61,456 bases of DNA, from positions 1 through 61,456 of the forward strand of contig CAMJNS010000005.1 of assembly GCA_946407375.1 (NCBI GenBank), written 5' to 3'. Both the position numbers and the translations under genes were made by a program. This DNA comes from an uncultured bacterium (GTDB lineage: Bacteria > Muiribacteriota > Ozemobacteria > Ozemobacterales > Ozemobacteraceae). This document shows positions 35,985-44,704 of the stretch, one piece after another. The notes beneath the pieces are model-generated. The model did no database searches, had not been told where the DNA came from, and was given only the letters and a program-made list of their open reading frames with translations. Every line of letters begins with the position of its first letter. Position 1 is the first letter of the stretch.

Positions 35985-36785
35985 ATGCAACCAATAGTAG
36001 AAGAAGTAAAAACAACAATTCCACAAAAGGCTTATGATTGTAAGCTCTCACATGCAGCGGCAGCAGTTCATATGACAATGATAAGAAGTGTCAGGCTAGG
36101 GGCCTGCATGACCTTAAGTGATGAAAGGGTTTTTAATTTCAACCAGATTCATCCGGTTTCACATTTAGGTGAAATTGAAGATTTATCTTTGTCTGAAATA
36201 TTAAAATGGACCGAATCTAGTCAGGGAATAGAACGTTCTTTTGGTTTTGCAGCGTTAAATGGGGCTATTGAATTGAAAGACAGATATTTTCTAGGCAATG
36301 CTCTAGATATAGGGGTAAAATTTGGAACTAATAAAAATATAACAATGATAGGGCATTTTTCTCACGTTGATAAATTTAGACAAAATGCTAAAAACTTCTG
36401 GATACTTGAAAAACGCCCTCATGCAGGTGATTTGCCAGCTGAAGAATATGTTAATGTATTACCAGAAAGCGATGTTGTTGTTGCTACAGGTGTTACTTTT
36501 TTAAATGATACACTTGAAGGGCTTTTGAAATTTAAAAAGCCAGGTTCTGTCTTTATCGTTGTTGGACCTTCTGTCCCACTGAGTTCTGTATTGTTTGATT
36601 ATGGGGTTGATATTATAGGTGGAGCATATGTTGAAGATGAACCTTTAACATATAGAAAGATACTTCAAGGAGCATCACCAAGATTGATTAAAGACAGTAT
36701 GCGAACAGTTCTTTTCCCTAAAGATTCTAAATTGCTTGAAGGCTGTGAAGAAATAAAGCCAATTGTGAAGAATAAGCTTCAATAG
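35985..36785 (+). CDS. DUF364/DUF4213-like Rossmann-domain protein (putative)
   Basis: ITMIGHFSHVDKF...LPESDVVVATGVTFLNDTLEGLL...FIVVGPSVPLS...GVDIIGG resembles the DUF364 layout (from memory). Confidence 0.55.
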   Translation: MQPIVEEVKTTIPQKAYDCKLSHAAAAVHMTMIRSVRLGACMTLSDERVFNFNQIHPVSHLGEIEDLSLSEILKWTESSQGIERSFGFAALNGAIELKDRYFLGNALDIGVKFGTNKNITMIGHFSHVDKFRQNAKNFWILEKRPHAGDLPAEEYVNVLPESDVVVATGVTFLNDTLEGLLKFKKPGSVFIVVGPSVPLSSVLFDYGVDIIGGAYVEDEPLTYRKILQGASPRLIKDSMRTVLFPKDSKLLEGCEEIKPIVKNKLQ

Positions 36786-36870
36786 AAAGATATGAACTTG
36801 TAGTTAGAAGTTAGGAATTAAAGAATATAATAACAACAACTGCCAACAACAATAACTACTGCTATTTTAG

Positions 36871-37914
36871 TTAGGGTTTCACTGGTCTCAAATCTTCTTT
36901 CCCTGTCATAGAAGCTAAAGTTTCTACCAAAAGATTTACTGTTTTATCTATATCATTTAAATCAGCCATTTCAACTGGAGAATGCATATATTTTACAGGC
37001 AGAGAAACTAATGCAACAGGAACTCCTTCGCCAGAATACATAATTTTATCAGCGTCAGTATGAGTTCTATCAGCTGTTATTTCTAGTTGATAGGGTATTT
37101 TTTTCTTTTTGGCAACTTTTTCAAAAAGTTCATCTATTTTAACATTTATAGGACTACCTATTGATAAAGCTGCTCCTTTTCCTAAAGTTATAACACCATT
37201 TCTGTTACTTGCTCCAGGATGTTCTGTATCGAAAGTTACATCACAGGCCAAAGCCATATTGGGTTTGATTCTTGCCGCAGCAGTGAAAGCTCCTCTTGAG
37301 TTGGTTTCTTCACCGGTTGTACTAATTGCGTAAACAGCTATATTAATTTTCTTTTTGCTGAGTTTTTTTATTGTTTCAGCAATGATATAAGCACCTGTTT
37401 TATTGTCTAAGGCTTTGCCTATCAGCTTATTTTCTCCAATTATTTCAGGTTTGCTTTCATATACAGCATAGTCGCCTATTCTAATTAATTTTTTTAATTT
37501 CTTATTATCGTTATATCCACAATCAATAAAACAGTTTTCTATTGTAGGAGAATTATCTTTTTCTGCAGAAGTATTTATTATACCTTTTATAATTTTTCCA
37601 CTAAATCCATAAATGTTAACTTTCATTCCAGGAAGAATTTTTGGATTAAGCCAACCGCTATTTGTAAACCAAACGTAACCTTTTTCGTCAACTTTAGTTA
37701 CAATCATAGCTATTTCATCAACGTGGGCAGCAAGCATAACCTTAAAATTTGCTTTAGGATTTAAAATACCGTATGCGTTTCCTACCTGGTCTGTTTTTAC
37801 TTCTGCAAAGTTTTTTACATAATCAATCCAAACTTTTTGGGCTTTAGATTCATCACCGGAAGGGGAGGGGGTACCAAGCAAATTTAATAAAAATTCTTTT
37901 GAGGATTTATCCAT
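36871..37914 (-). CDS. M42-family metallopeptidase (glutamyl aminopeptidase / FrvX-like)
   Basis: 347-aa ORF with LAAHVDEIAMIV, GKALDNKTGAYI, STTGEETNSRGA and YMHSPVEM, which are typical M42 metal-ligand contexts. Confidence 0.85.
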   Translation of the reverse strand: MDKSSKEFLLNLLGTPSPSGDESKAQKVWIDYVKNFAEVKTDQVGNAYGILNPKANFKVMLAAHVDEIAMIVTKVDEKGYVWFTNSGWLNPKILPGMKVNIYGFSGKIIKGIINTSAEKDNSPTIENCFIDCGYNDNKKLKKLIRIGDYAVYESKPEIIGENKLIGKALDNKTGAYIIAETIKKLSKKKINIAVYAISTTGEETNSRGAFTAAARIKPNMALACDVTFDTEHPGASNRNGVITLGKGAALSIGSPINVKIDELFEKVAKKKKIPYQLEITADRTHTDADKIMYSGEGVPVALVSLPVKYMHSPVEMADLNDIDKTVNLLVETLASMTGKEDLRPVKP

Positions 37915-38201
37915 AATTTGTCAACTTTCCACTAATAAAAATGTATAAATATATAAATCTATCGGTAAAAACAGGTTACAGCTTAGGGTTAAAATAGCTG
38001 TTAAGTTTTGAATAATAGTATTAGGCTAGGAAGAAAAAAATAATTTAAATGAGTATAGAATAAGTTCCTAGCTAAATAAAAAATTATAAAAGTAGCACAA
38101 CTTTGAGTATAAAAAATGTACCTCTATATAAAAAAAATATAAACTAAAACCAATGTTCTGTGGTATTATTAATATATATGGTATCAAAAAAGGAGTCTAC
38201 C

Positions 38202-39200
38202 GTGAGAAAAACAAGTTTATTGTTAGTTGCATTGTTCCTTTGTGCTTTCGGAATTCACGTTGCAAATAGTGCCAATCTTGGCTCAACAGCTGTTAAATAT
38301 CAGCCTTCTGGGGAAGAAGTAACAAATCAAGATGAACAAACTGAAGCCGTAGAAGGCGATAAAGTTGAATCTACTTCAAAAACAGAAGAAGCTAAGGCTA
38401 AAGATGAAAGTAAAAAGAAAGACGAATCAGATAATGACGACGATGATGACGACGAAGAAGAAGCTTCTGGTTTAGCAACAATGCCAGATGGTCCCGCTTA
38501 TGTTGGGGCTTTCGGTGGTTTAAACATCAGAAGTAGTGCTTGGGGCAATATTATAACAGCAGTAGTTGATAATACTCAAGTAACAATCTGCGGTCGTGAA
38601 GGCGATTGGTATAAGATTTCTAGTCCTACCGCTGGTTATGTACACGCTAGATACATTTTTGATGCACCAGGCAAAGCTTATGCTGGAAATGATCCAACTA
38701 ATCCTAATGGTAGTTCATCCTCTTCTTCCGGAAGTACTGGCGATGTTATAATAGATGTTGATGGTGATAGCATACAGGGTAAAGTTGTTTCTGCAGCAAA
38801 ACAGATTCACGACAAATATCAAGGCTATCAAGCTTATCCATATCATGCATATACTGAAGGTGGTAACTTAGGTTGTGCTCAGGTTGCTACTTCTGTTTTG
38901 TGTGCAGCTGGTGTTCTTTCTGCAACAGATTCTGTTGGCGGTTTAGGTTATGCAAGTTTGGGTTGTGTTCAGACAATTTCTCTTCTTGAACAAGCTGGTT
39001 GGTCTTCTGTTTCTTGGCCTCCATATCAGGCTGGTGACGTTGTTTTCTGGGAAACCTATCAACCAGGTCCATCTCACGTTGGTATTGTTATGAATTCTGG
39101 TAACTCTGCTCAGGCTATGAATAACTCTTCAAGCAAGAGAATGCCAAACTATAGCGATATTGAAGCTATGAAGATTTGTAAAATTATGAGAAAGTGCTAA
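38202..39200 (+). CDS. Secreted SH3b-domain protein with a C-terminal NlpC/P60- or CHAP-like Cys/His domain
   Basis: ORF track gives 38160..39200. The GTG at 38202 lies 6 nt after AGGAG (38191-38195) and yields the signal peptide (M)RKTSLLLVALFLCAFGIHVANSA. There is an acidic D/E linker. SH3b: GGLNIRSSAWGNIITAV..GDWYKISSPTAGYVHARYI. C-terminus: GCAQVATSVL...GDVVFWE...PSHVGIVM. Confidence 0.65.
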   Translation: MRKTSLLLVALFLCAFGIHVANSANLGSTAVKYQPSGEEVTNQDEQTEAVEGDKVESTSKTEEAKAKDESKKKDESDNDDDDDDEEEASGLATMPDGPAYVGAFGGLNIRSSAWGNIITAVVDNTQVTICGREGDWYKISSPTAGYVHARYIFDAPGKAYAGNDPTNPNGSSSSSSGSTGDVIIDVDGDSIQGKVVSAAKQIHDKYQGYQAYPYHAYTEGGNLGCAQVATSVLCAAGVLSATDSVGGLGYASLGCVQTISLLEQAGWSSVSWPPYQAGDVVFWETYQPGPSHVGIVMNSGNSAQAMNNSSSKRMPNYSDIEAMKICKIMRKC

Positions 39201-39219
39201 TAGGGTGGGTTTGATTTCT

Positions 39220-40197
39220 ATGAAACTTAATTCGTGTTTATTAGCATCACTCCTTATGTTGTCTACTTCTTCTCTTTTCGCGGATGTTGCAGTTCCTTAT
39301 GGAGTGGGTTCGGGAAAAGCTGATTTCATTAATAATAAAAAATATCCTAAAATTGATGATCCTCAACCAACAGGACCTCTTAGCTTTAGGGTAGTAGGTG
39401 AATCTACTTGGGTTGCAGATAGTGTTGGTAACAAACTTATGCAATTCGATAAAGCAGGTAAGCTTGTTTCTGAATTTTCTATTCTGCCAGAAGGTACAAA
39501 GGCTTATAATATTGATGAATATAATTTGCCTATTCTCAATATGATTATAGATGATTTTGCACCAGTTCTGGGTGAAAAGGGAGAAGTTGTTGCTTGGTGG
39601 ATAGCCGATAGCTGTAAGAATAAACTCTACAAATTCTCTGTAGATGGTAAAAAACTTGCTGAAATAGAAAATGATCAATTTGGTCAGCTTTATAGAGTAG
39701 AAGTTGGCTTAGGTGGTCACGTTTTTGTTGCCGACAAAGTAGCACGTGCAATTTTTACATATGATTCCGAAGGAAAGTTTATAAAGGAAGAAAATTGGGA
39801 ATGGTCTGGAATGGCTGTTTCTAAGAAAAAAGACAGACTTTATAGACTTATGTATGATAAGGAAGCTCGTAAAAATTATTTAGTTTGCACTAATGTTAAA
39901 GGTAAAGTACTTAGTGGCAAATTACTTGATGTTACTATGTTTAACCCTAAACTTTGGTGGGTTGATGAAGAAAAGGATGAATGCGTAATAACTTATTCAC
40001 CTGCCGAATTTAAAGGTATTTATAACATTGTTCGTGTTAGTCTTAATGGCAAAGTCAAAGCCAGTGGAGAAATGCCAGCTCCTATAATTATGAACCGTTT
40101 TATAGACAACAATAATGGTGAAGTATTTATTGGAAAAGGTAATTTCTTTGATGCTCCAGAAGGCAAGTTTGAAGTAGTTCCTTTTAAAATGCCTTGA
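39220..40197 (+). CDS. Secreted hypothetical protein (beta-propeller-like repeats)
   Basis: ORF track gives 39205..40197. The ATG at 39220 gives MKLNSCLLASLLMLSTSSLFA (signal peptide). It has recurring hydrophobic-strand/Gly patterns and no catalytic motif. Confidence 0.5.
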   Translation: MKLNSCLLASLLMLSTSSLFADVAVPYGVGSGKADFINNKKYPKIDDPQPTGPLSFRVVGESTWVADSVGNKLMQFDKAGKLVSEFSILPEGTKAYNIDEYNLPILNMIIDDFAPVLGEKGEVVAWWIADSCKNKLYKFSVDGKKLAEIENDQFGQLYRVEVGLGGHVFVADKVARAIFTYDSEGKFIKEENWEWSGMAVSKKKDRLYRLMYDKEARKNYLVCTNVKGKVLSGKLLDVTMFNPKLWWVDEEKDECVITYSPAEFKGIYNIVRVSLNGKVKASGEMPAPIIMNRFIDNNNGEVFIGKGNFFDAPEGKFEVVPFKMP

Positions 40198-40219
40198 TGT
40201 AATAGAATAGGAGAAAGAG

Positions 40220-40633
40220 ATGAAAAAGTCTTCAACTTTGTTTACTATTCTCTGTTTCTTATGTTTAACAATAACTCTTGCTCTCTATGCTGAACAGATA
40301 CCTATTAAAGGTTATGTTTCACCGGATATTGGTCTTAATGTCAGAACTGGACCTAGTGAAGGTTCTGCCAAAATAGGAGCCTTGGGAAAAGGTACCGCCC
40401 TAACCATAGTTGCTGTTTCTGGTGGTTGGTATAAGATTTCAAGTCCAATGTCTGGCTGTGTTCACGGAGGCTATGTTGCTGTGACAGAGTATGGTGAGGC
40501 ACCAGAGGATGGTGGAGAAGGTGACAGTTTTGTTCCAGAAATAGATTATTCTTCTCTCACTCCTGAAGAAAGAGCAAAATACGGACAAAACTTAAATATA
40601 AGTGCTTCTAATGCAAAACTTAAAAAGAAATAA
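40220..40633 (+). CDS. Small secreted SH3b-domain protein
   Basis: GGAG RBS and a signal peptide. SH3b: GLNVRTGPSEGSAKIGALGKGTALTIVAVSGGWYKISSPMSGCVHGGYV, paralogous to the SH3b of 38202..39200. Confidence 0.65.
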   Translation: MKKSSTLFTILCFLCLTITLALYAEQIPIKGYVSPDIGLNVRTGPSEGSAKIGALGKGTALTIVAVSGGWYKISSPMSGCVHGGYVAVTEYGEAPEDGGEGDSFVPEIDYSSLTPEERAKYGQNLNISASNAKLKKK

Positions 40634-42922
40634 ATGGTAAGAAGAGTTATACACTGCCCTAGTAATAAGGGCAGTGTATTGTTAATTATAATTTGTATTT
40701 TTGTTGCTTTAATGACATTGTTGGCTTCTTTTTTGAAGTCAACAACTAATCGTGTACATTCTACAAAAAAAATCGGTGATACTATGTTTGCCAGAGAGTT
40801 GGCTAACTCTCTGGCTATTTTATCTAATCATTATATAAAATATGTTGAGTTAAAAGATCCTGGAAGTGAAATAAGAAAAGTTCTTTCTTTACCTAGAGAA
40901 GAAATGGGTAGTACAGATGCAACTGGTAACTTAAAAGCTGGTATCCAGGCAAAAATAAAGAGCGGTTCAGATGATATTATAACTACCCTTATTGAAGCAT
41001 ACAAGCCCATATTGAATGAGATTCAACTAGATGAGCTTAAATGGATAATTCATAAAGGTGATTTTGCAAATATAGAAGTTGGAAAGGTTGGCAATAATCC
41101 TTATCCAAGAGAAAAAAAAGGTTTAATTCGTATTTATATAAAAATATCCTATAAATTGCCTGGGCAGACTAAAAAAATAAGTGAAGATTATCTTTTTACT
41201 TCACCGATAAATGTTGTTGCTAATTTAGTACCCGTTTTATCTAAGTTTAATTTTTATGTACAAAATGCATTGGGAGAAGAACCCAATGATGATAATGTTT
41301 ACAGGTTTAACGTTATAGATACAGATGCGGCAGGAAACCTTAACCAAGGAGCAAATGCTCGTCCTTGGATATTTGTAAATGGTGATGAAGATGATAATTT
41401 AAAAAAGCCTAAAGATGTTAAATATGATGATATAATAAACGATTCTAGAGGAATTATCTTTTTGGGTGGGGGAAATGGAAATAATTCTATTGAATTGGGT
41501 GTTGCCTGTGGTTGGCCTGAAGGGGGAGGAACTTCTGAATGCGGAGAAGATTTCCATTTTTATATAAATCGTGATAAAGAAGAAGGTTATTGGAAAACAC
41601 TTGAGTATTGGGATGATAAAAATGGTGGTATAATGATTTCTGATATAGGTCTTTGCAATGCTAATTCTGGGGATTATGTAGAGTGGCGTAAGCAATTAGG
41701 AGCCGGGTCTCAAGAAAAATCAAAATATCACTCTATTTTTAAATTATTTGGTGTTGATAGCAAAAAGTCACCGACTTTGGTTTTGGGATATGTTAATTCT
41801 TTGTTTGCTTCAGTTAAATTGCATAAATTTGGTAATAATGAATTTGAAGTTTTACCCTATGTCGATTATAAAGAAGATTTACCAATATATACGGCATATA
41901 CTACTGACACTAGTTTGTATGGATCTGATGCTTACGGAAAATTAATGCGTTTCAGTCTACATTATTGTACAAAGAATAATACAGATGAACTTGATTATGA
42001 TTCTTATATAAATAGTTATGCTTCAAAGCTTGGTCATCGTAGATATACTAAAGACTATGCCTATTATTTAACTGTAAAAAGTGAAGAATATTCAGAATTT
42101 CCAGAATTTTCAGATAATAAATTAAATAGTTTATGCAATCTTTCGTCTGATGATAATAATTTCCTTAAACTTCCTTATAGTGAAAAGGCTCAATATAATA
42201 AAATATATAATGAAGAAAAATGTGAATTAGATAAACTATTTAATGTTGATTCTCTTTCTATTAATCCAGAAAAAGAAGACAAAAGAAAAAGAATAGCTTA
42301 TAGTTTGAAATTATTAAGTCAATCTCCTGATGATTTTTCCTCAACAGAATTTGTAATATCTAAGGGAGATGAAGTAGGGAAAGATATTATTGATTATTTA
42401 GAATTTAAAGGTTTGATTAAAGATAATAAATTAGATTTGAATGGTTGGTTATATATTAATAACGAAGCGGGATTCGATGAGATACCACTTGATTTTACTT
42501 CATTAAAAAATGATAGCAATGGTGGAATTATTTTATCTTCAGGAAAAATTTGTTTAAAAAGTAATATAGAAAATGAAAATGGTTCTCATTTCTCTTTAAT
42601 TGCTTTAAATGGAGATATAGTCTTAGAAGAAAAAGTTACAACAGTAGGTTCTTCTTTAATTGCTCCAAAAGGTCAAGTAAGATTGATTGGTGGTGCTAAT
42701 TCTCAGAAGCTAAGTATTGATGGAAATATTGTTATGAATAAAATAGCCAAAGGCGATGTTAAAGGGAGCGATGTAAACATAAAGAGAGGTCTTACTCTTA
42801 ATTATAATAGAAGCTTAGCAGCAGTTCCCTATAATGATAAAATAAGCGGATTCGATGAATTAAGAACAGAACATCCTTTATTGATGTTTGATTTAAAAGA
42901 AACAGTGAAAATGTTAGATTAA
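40634..42922 (+). CDS. Large PilX/GspK-like pseudopilin-type protein (N-terminal hydrophobic anchor, no Glu+5)
   Basis: 762-aa ORF. Its ATG abuts the previous stop (TAAATG). The N-terminus ..SNKGSVLLIIICIFVALMTLLASF is followed by a large soluble region. Confidence 0.5.
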   Translation: MVRRVIHCPSNKGSVLLIIICIFVALMTLLASFLKSTTNRVHSTKKIGDTMFARELANSLAILSNHYIKYVELKDPGSEIRKVLSLPREEMGSTDATGNLKAGIQAKIKSGSDDIITTLIEAYKPILNEIQLDELKWIIHKGDFANIEVGKVGNNPYPREKKGLIRIYIKISYKLPGQTKKISEDYLFTSPINVVANLVPVLSKFNFYVQNALGEEPNDDNVYRFNVIDTDAAGNLNQGANARPWIFVNGDEDDNLKKPKDVKYDDIINDSRGIIFLGGGNGNNSIELGVACGWPEGGGTSECGEDFHFYINRDKEEGYWKTLEYWDDKNGGIMISDIGLCNANSGDYVEWRKQLGAGSQEKSKYHSIFKLFGVDSKKSPTLVLGYVNSLFASVKLHKFGNNEFEVLPYVDYKEDLPIYTAYTTDTSLYGSDAYGKLMRFSLHYCTKNNTDELDYDSYINSYASKLGHRRYTKDYAYYLTVKSEEYSEFPEFSDNKLNSLCNLSSDDNNFLKLPYSEKAQYNKIYNEEKCELDKLFNVDSLSINPEKEDKRKRIAYSLKLLSQSPDDFSSTEFVISKGDEVGKDIIDYLEFKGLIKDNKLDLNGWLYINNEAGFDEIPLDFTSLKNDSNGGIILSSGKICLKSNIENENGSHFSLIALNGDIVLEEKVTTVGSSLIAPKGQVRLIGGANSQKLSIDGNIVMNKIAKGDVKGSDVNIKRGLTLNYNRSLAAVPYNDKISGFDELRTEHPLLMFDLKETVKMLD

Positions 42923-43401
42923 TGATAATAGAATATAGAAAAAAAAATAAAGGGTTTTCTTTAGCAGAAATCTGTATTGCCTGTGGAGTTTTGGTAACCC
43001 TTCTTGTTCCTGTTTTTACATTGATGTCAAGAAGTAGCTCAGGCACCATAAGAAATCGTAACGAAATATTAGCACAAGAATTTGTTTCTAATATGATTTC
43101 CTATTGCAATTTACTTAGTTATGACTCTGATTTTTTAAAGGTAGATAACTCTGGAGAAGTAACTAAAGAAATTGGCGAGATAAAAATGACTAATGTAATA
43201 TGTAAGAGTGAATCGGTAAAAATAGAATTAGCAGATGAATTAAGTAAAATTGTTAAGAAAAAGACTATCAAAATAAAAGAATTTGCTGAAACAGATTGGC
43301 CGTATAAATATAAGGTTATTACAGTAACGGTTGAATGGCAGCAACCAGGAGAAACCAAAACCAGAAATGTAGCAATGAGCGGAATGGTAACAGAAAGATG
43401 A
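42922..43401 (+). CDS. Prepilin-type N-terminal cleavage/methylation-domain protein (pseudopilin)
   Basis: KKNKG|FSLAEICIACGVLVTLLVPVF is the class-III signal pattern G|F-x-L-x-E. It has a TAATG overlap with the upstream gene. Confidence 0.7.
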   Translation: MIIEYRKKNKGFSLAEICIACGVLVTLLVPVFTLMSRSSSGTIRNRNEILAQEFVSNMISYCNLLSYDSDFLKVDNSGEVTKEIGEIKMTNVICKSESVKIELADELSKIVKKKTIKIKEFAETDWPYKYKVITVTVEWQQPGETKTRNVAMSGMVTER

Positions 43402-43985
43402 GAATAAGAAGAGGATTTACTTTAATTGAAGTATCTATTGGTGTAATAATATCAGCCATTATTTTAGTTGGTTTAATGAATTTGTTCAGTTCTGGAATGA
43501 AAGGTTCAACTAAAGGTTTGGCTCATCAGGCAAATATGGAATCTGCTTCAATTCTTATGTCTCAAATAGAATATGATTTGCTTAGAGCGACTGAAATTAT
43601 TGAGCCAGCGGAAGATAAAAAAAGCAATAATGCTTCCTGGCGGTTTTATTATGCTGCTTCAGCTGTTATTACTGGAAAAGGTGATCCTGTTACTGTCCAA
43701 TATACAAATCATGGTGATGGGGTTACCAGATATGTAGATATGGGAGATGGGAAAACTCAAAGTACTGTTTTGGCAAAAGGGCAAAAGGTTGATATGAGCT
43801 TTGCTCATTTTACTGTGAATAATGCTTTAAAGAAATATGCGGATAAAAAATTAATACAAAAGAAGCATGCGATTTGGGTTGAGCTGACAGTGTCATCTAA
43901 GTATGGTAAAAAAATTGGTAAAGATGATAAAGAACACGAACCTTTTACTTTGAAGAAACTTATAGTGATACGTAGCCAAATGTAA
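43398..43985 (+). CDS. Prepilin-type N-terminal cleavage/methylation-domain protein (pseudopilin)
   Basis: ORF track gives 43335..43985. The ATG at 43398 (ATGA overlap) gives MRIRRG|FTLIEVSIGVIISAIILVGL, a canonical G|FTLIE motif. Confidence 0.75.
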   Translation: MRIRRGFTLIEVSIGVIISAIILVGLMNLFSSGMKGSTKGLAHQANMESASILMSQIEYDLLRATEIIEPAEDKKSNNASWRFYYAASAVITGKGDPVTVQYTNHGDGVTRYVDMGDGKTQSTVLAKGQKVDMSFAHFTVNNALKKYADKKLIQKKHAIWVELTVSSKYGKKIGKDDKEHEPFTLKKLIVIRSQM

Positions 43986-44040
43986 GAGTATATAAACGTT
44001 GATTTTCTATATATTTATCAGTTAGTTTTTCAATTTTTTT

Positions 44041-44150
44041 GTAGTCTACACATTGTCATAAACGTATAGCTTTCAGAGCTAAAGCCCATACGCTATACTT
44101 TTTATGACAAATGTGTTGACTATTAGTGTTATCTAATTAGTGTCTACTCA
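44041..44150. mobile_element. MITE-like element, family A, copy 3 (no recognisable left terminus)
   Basis: The core at 44041-44120 matches copies 1 and 2, with GTGTTGAC replacing GTGTAGAC. The canonical left TIR is absent. Confidence 0.7.
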
Positions 44151-44182
44151 ATAGAAAGCGTATTTCTAAAATACTCCCCTTT

Positions 44183-44393
44183 GAGCTTGTCTAAAAACTC
44201 AATTTATTAATCAAATTATATTAGCCTAATTTTTTAATTTGTTTTTCTGGATGGACTTCGTTTTGCTTTCAGCAACGCTTCGCTATCGCTCGCAATGACG
44301 ATTATGACTGCTACAGAGTATATTTACGTCATCGCGAGGTTCTGAAAGAACCGTGGCGATCCAGTAGAAATTTAATGCAAAAACTTAGTTTTA
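44183..44393. mobile_element. MITE-like element, family B, copy 1
   Basis: Left end is GAGCTTGTCTAAAAACT. Core is ...CGCTATCGCTCGCAATGACG...CGTCATCGCGAGGTTCTGAAAGAACCGTGGCGATCCAGTAGAAATTTAATGCA. The right end is decayed (AAAACTTAGTTTTA). Confidence 0.7.
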
Positions 44394-44645
44394 TATATTT
44401 ATTATCTGAAAAATGATTAAGTTTATTAATTTATTATCATAAATATATTATAAAAATAACAATAAATTAATAATTATCTGATTTTGTGTTGTTTGTTTGA
44501 TAAAATGATAATAATTTGTTGGTAAATTATCTATTAAATGATAAAAATATTTTTGAATGGGTAAGGGTTTTTGTATTTTTATATGTTTTTTGTTTAAATT
44601 TTTGGAAGTTTTAAATGAAATGCTTTGTGGGGATAATAATTGTAG

Positions 44646-44676
44646 ATAAAAAAGCCTCCTATTTAAGGAGGCTTTT
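44646..44676 (-). terminator. Rho-independent terminator downstream of the HEAT/His-tail gene
   Basis: AAAAAAGCCTCCT-ATTTA-AGGAGGCTTTT. On the minus strand the stem is followed by a T-run. Confidence 0.7.
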
Positions 44677-44704
44677 ATGATGTTTTATATTATTTTATTT
44701 GTTT

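Noticed and set aside
44394-44645. An AT-rich stretch near the DnaB-like gene considered as oriC.
   Set aside because: I found only one approximate DnaA-box-like nonamer, no cluster of boxes, and no dnaA/dnaN nearby. It is kept as a low-interest open question rather than a feature.
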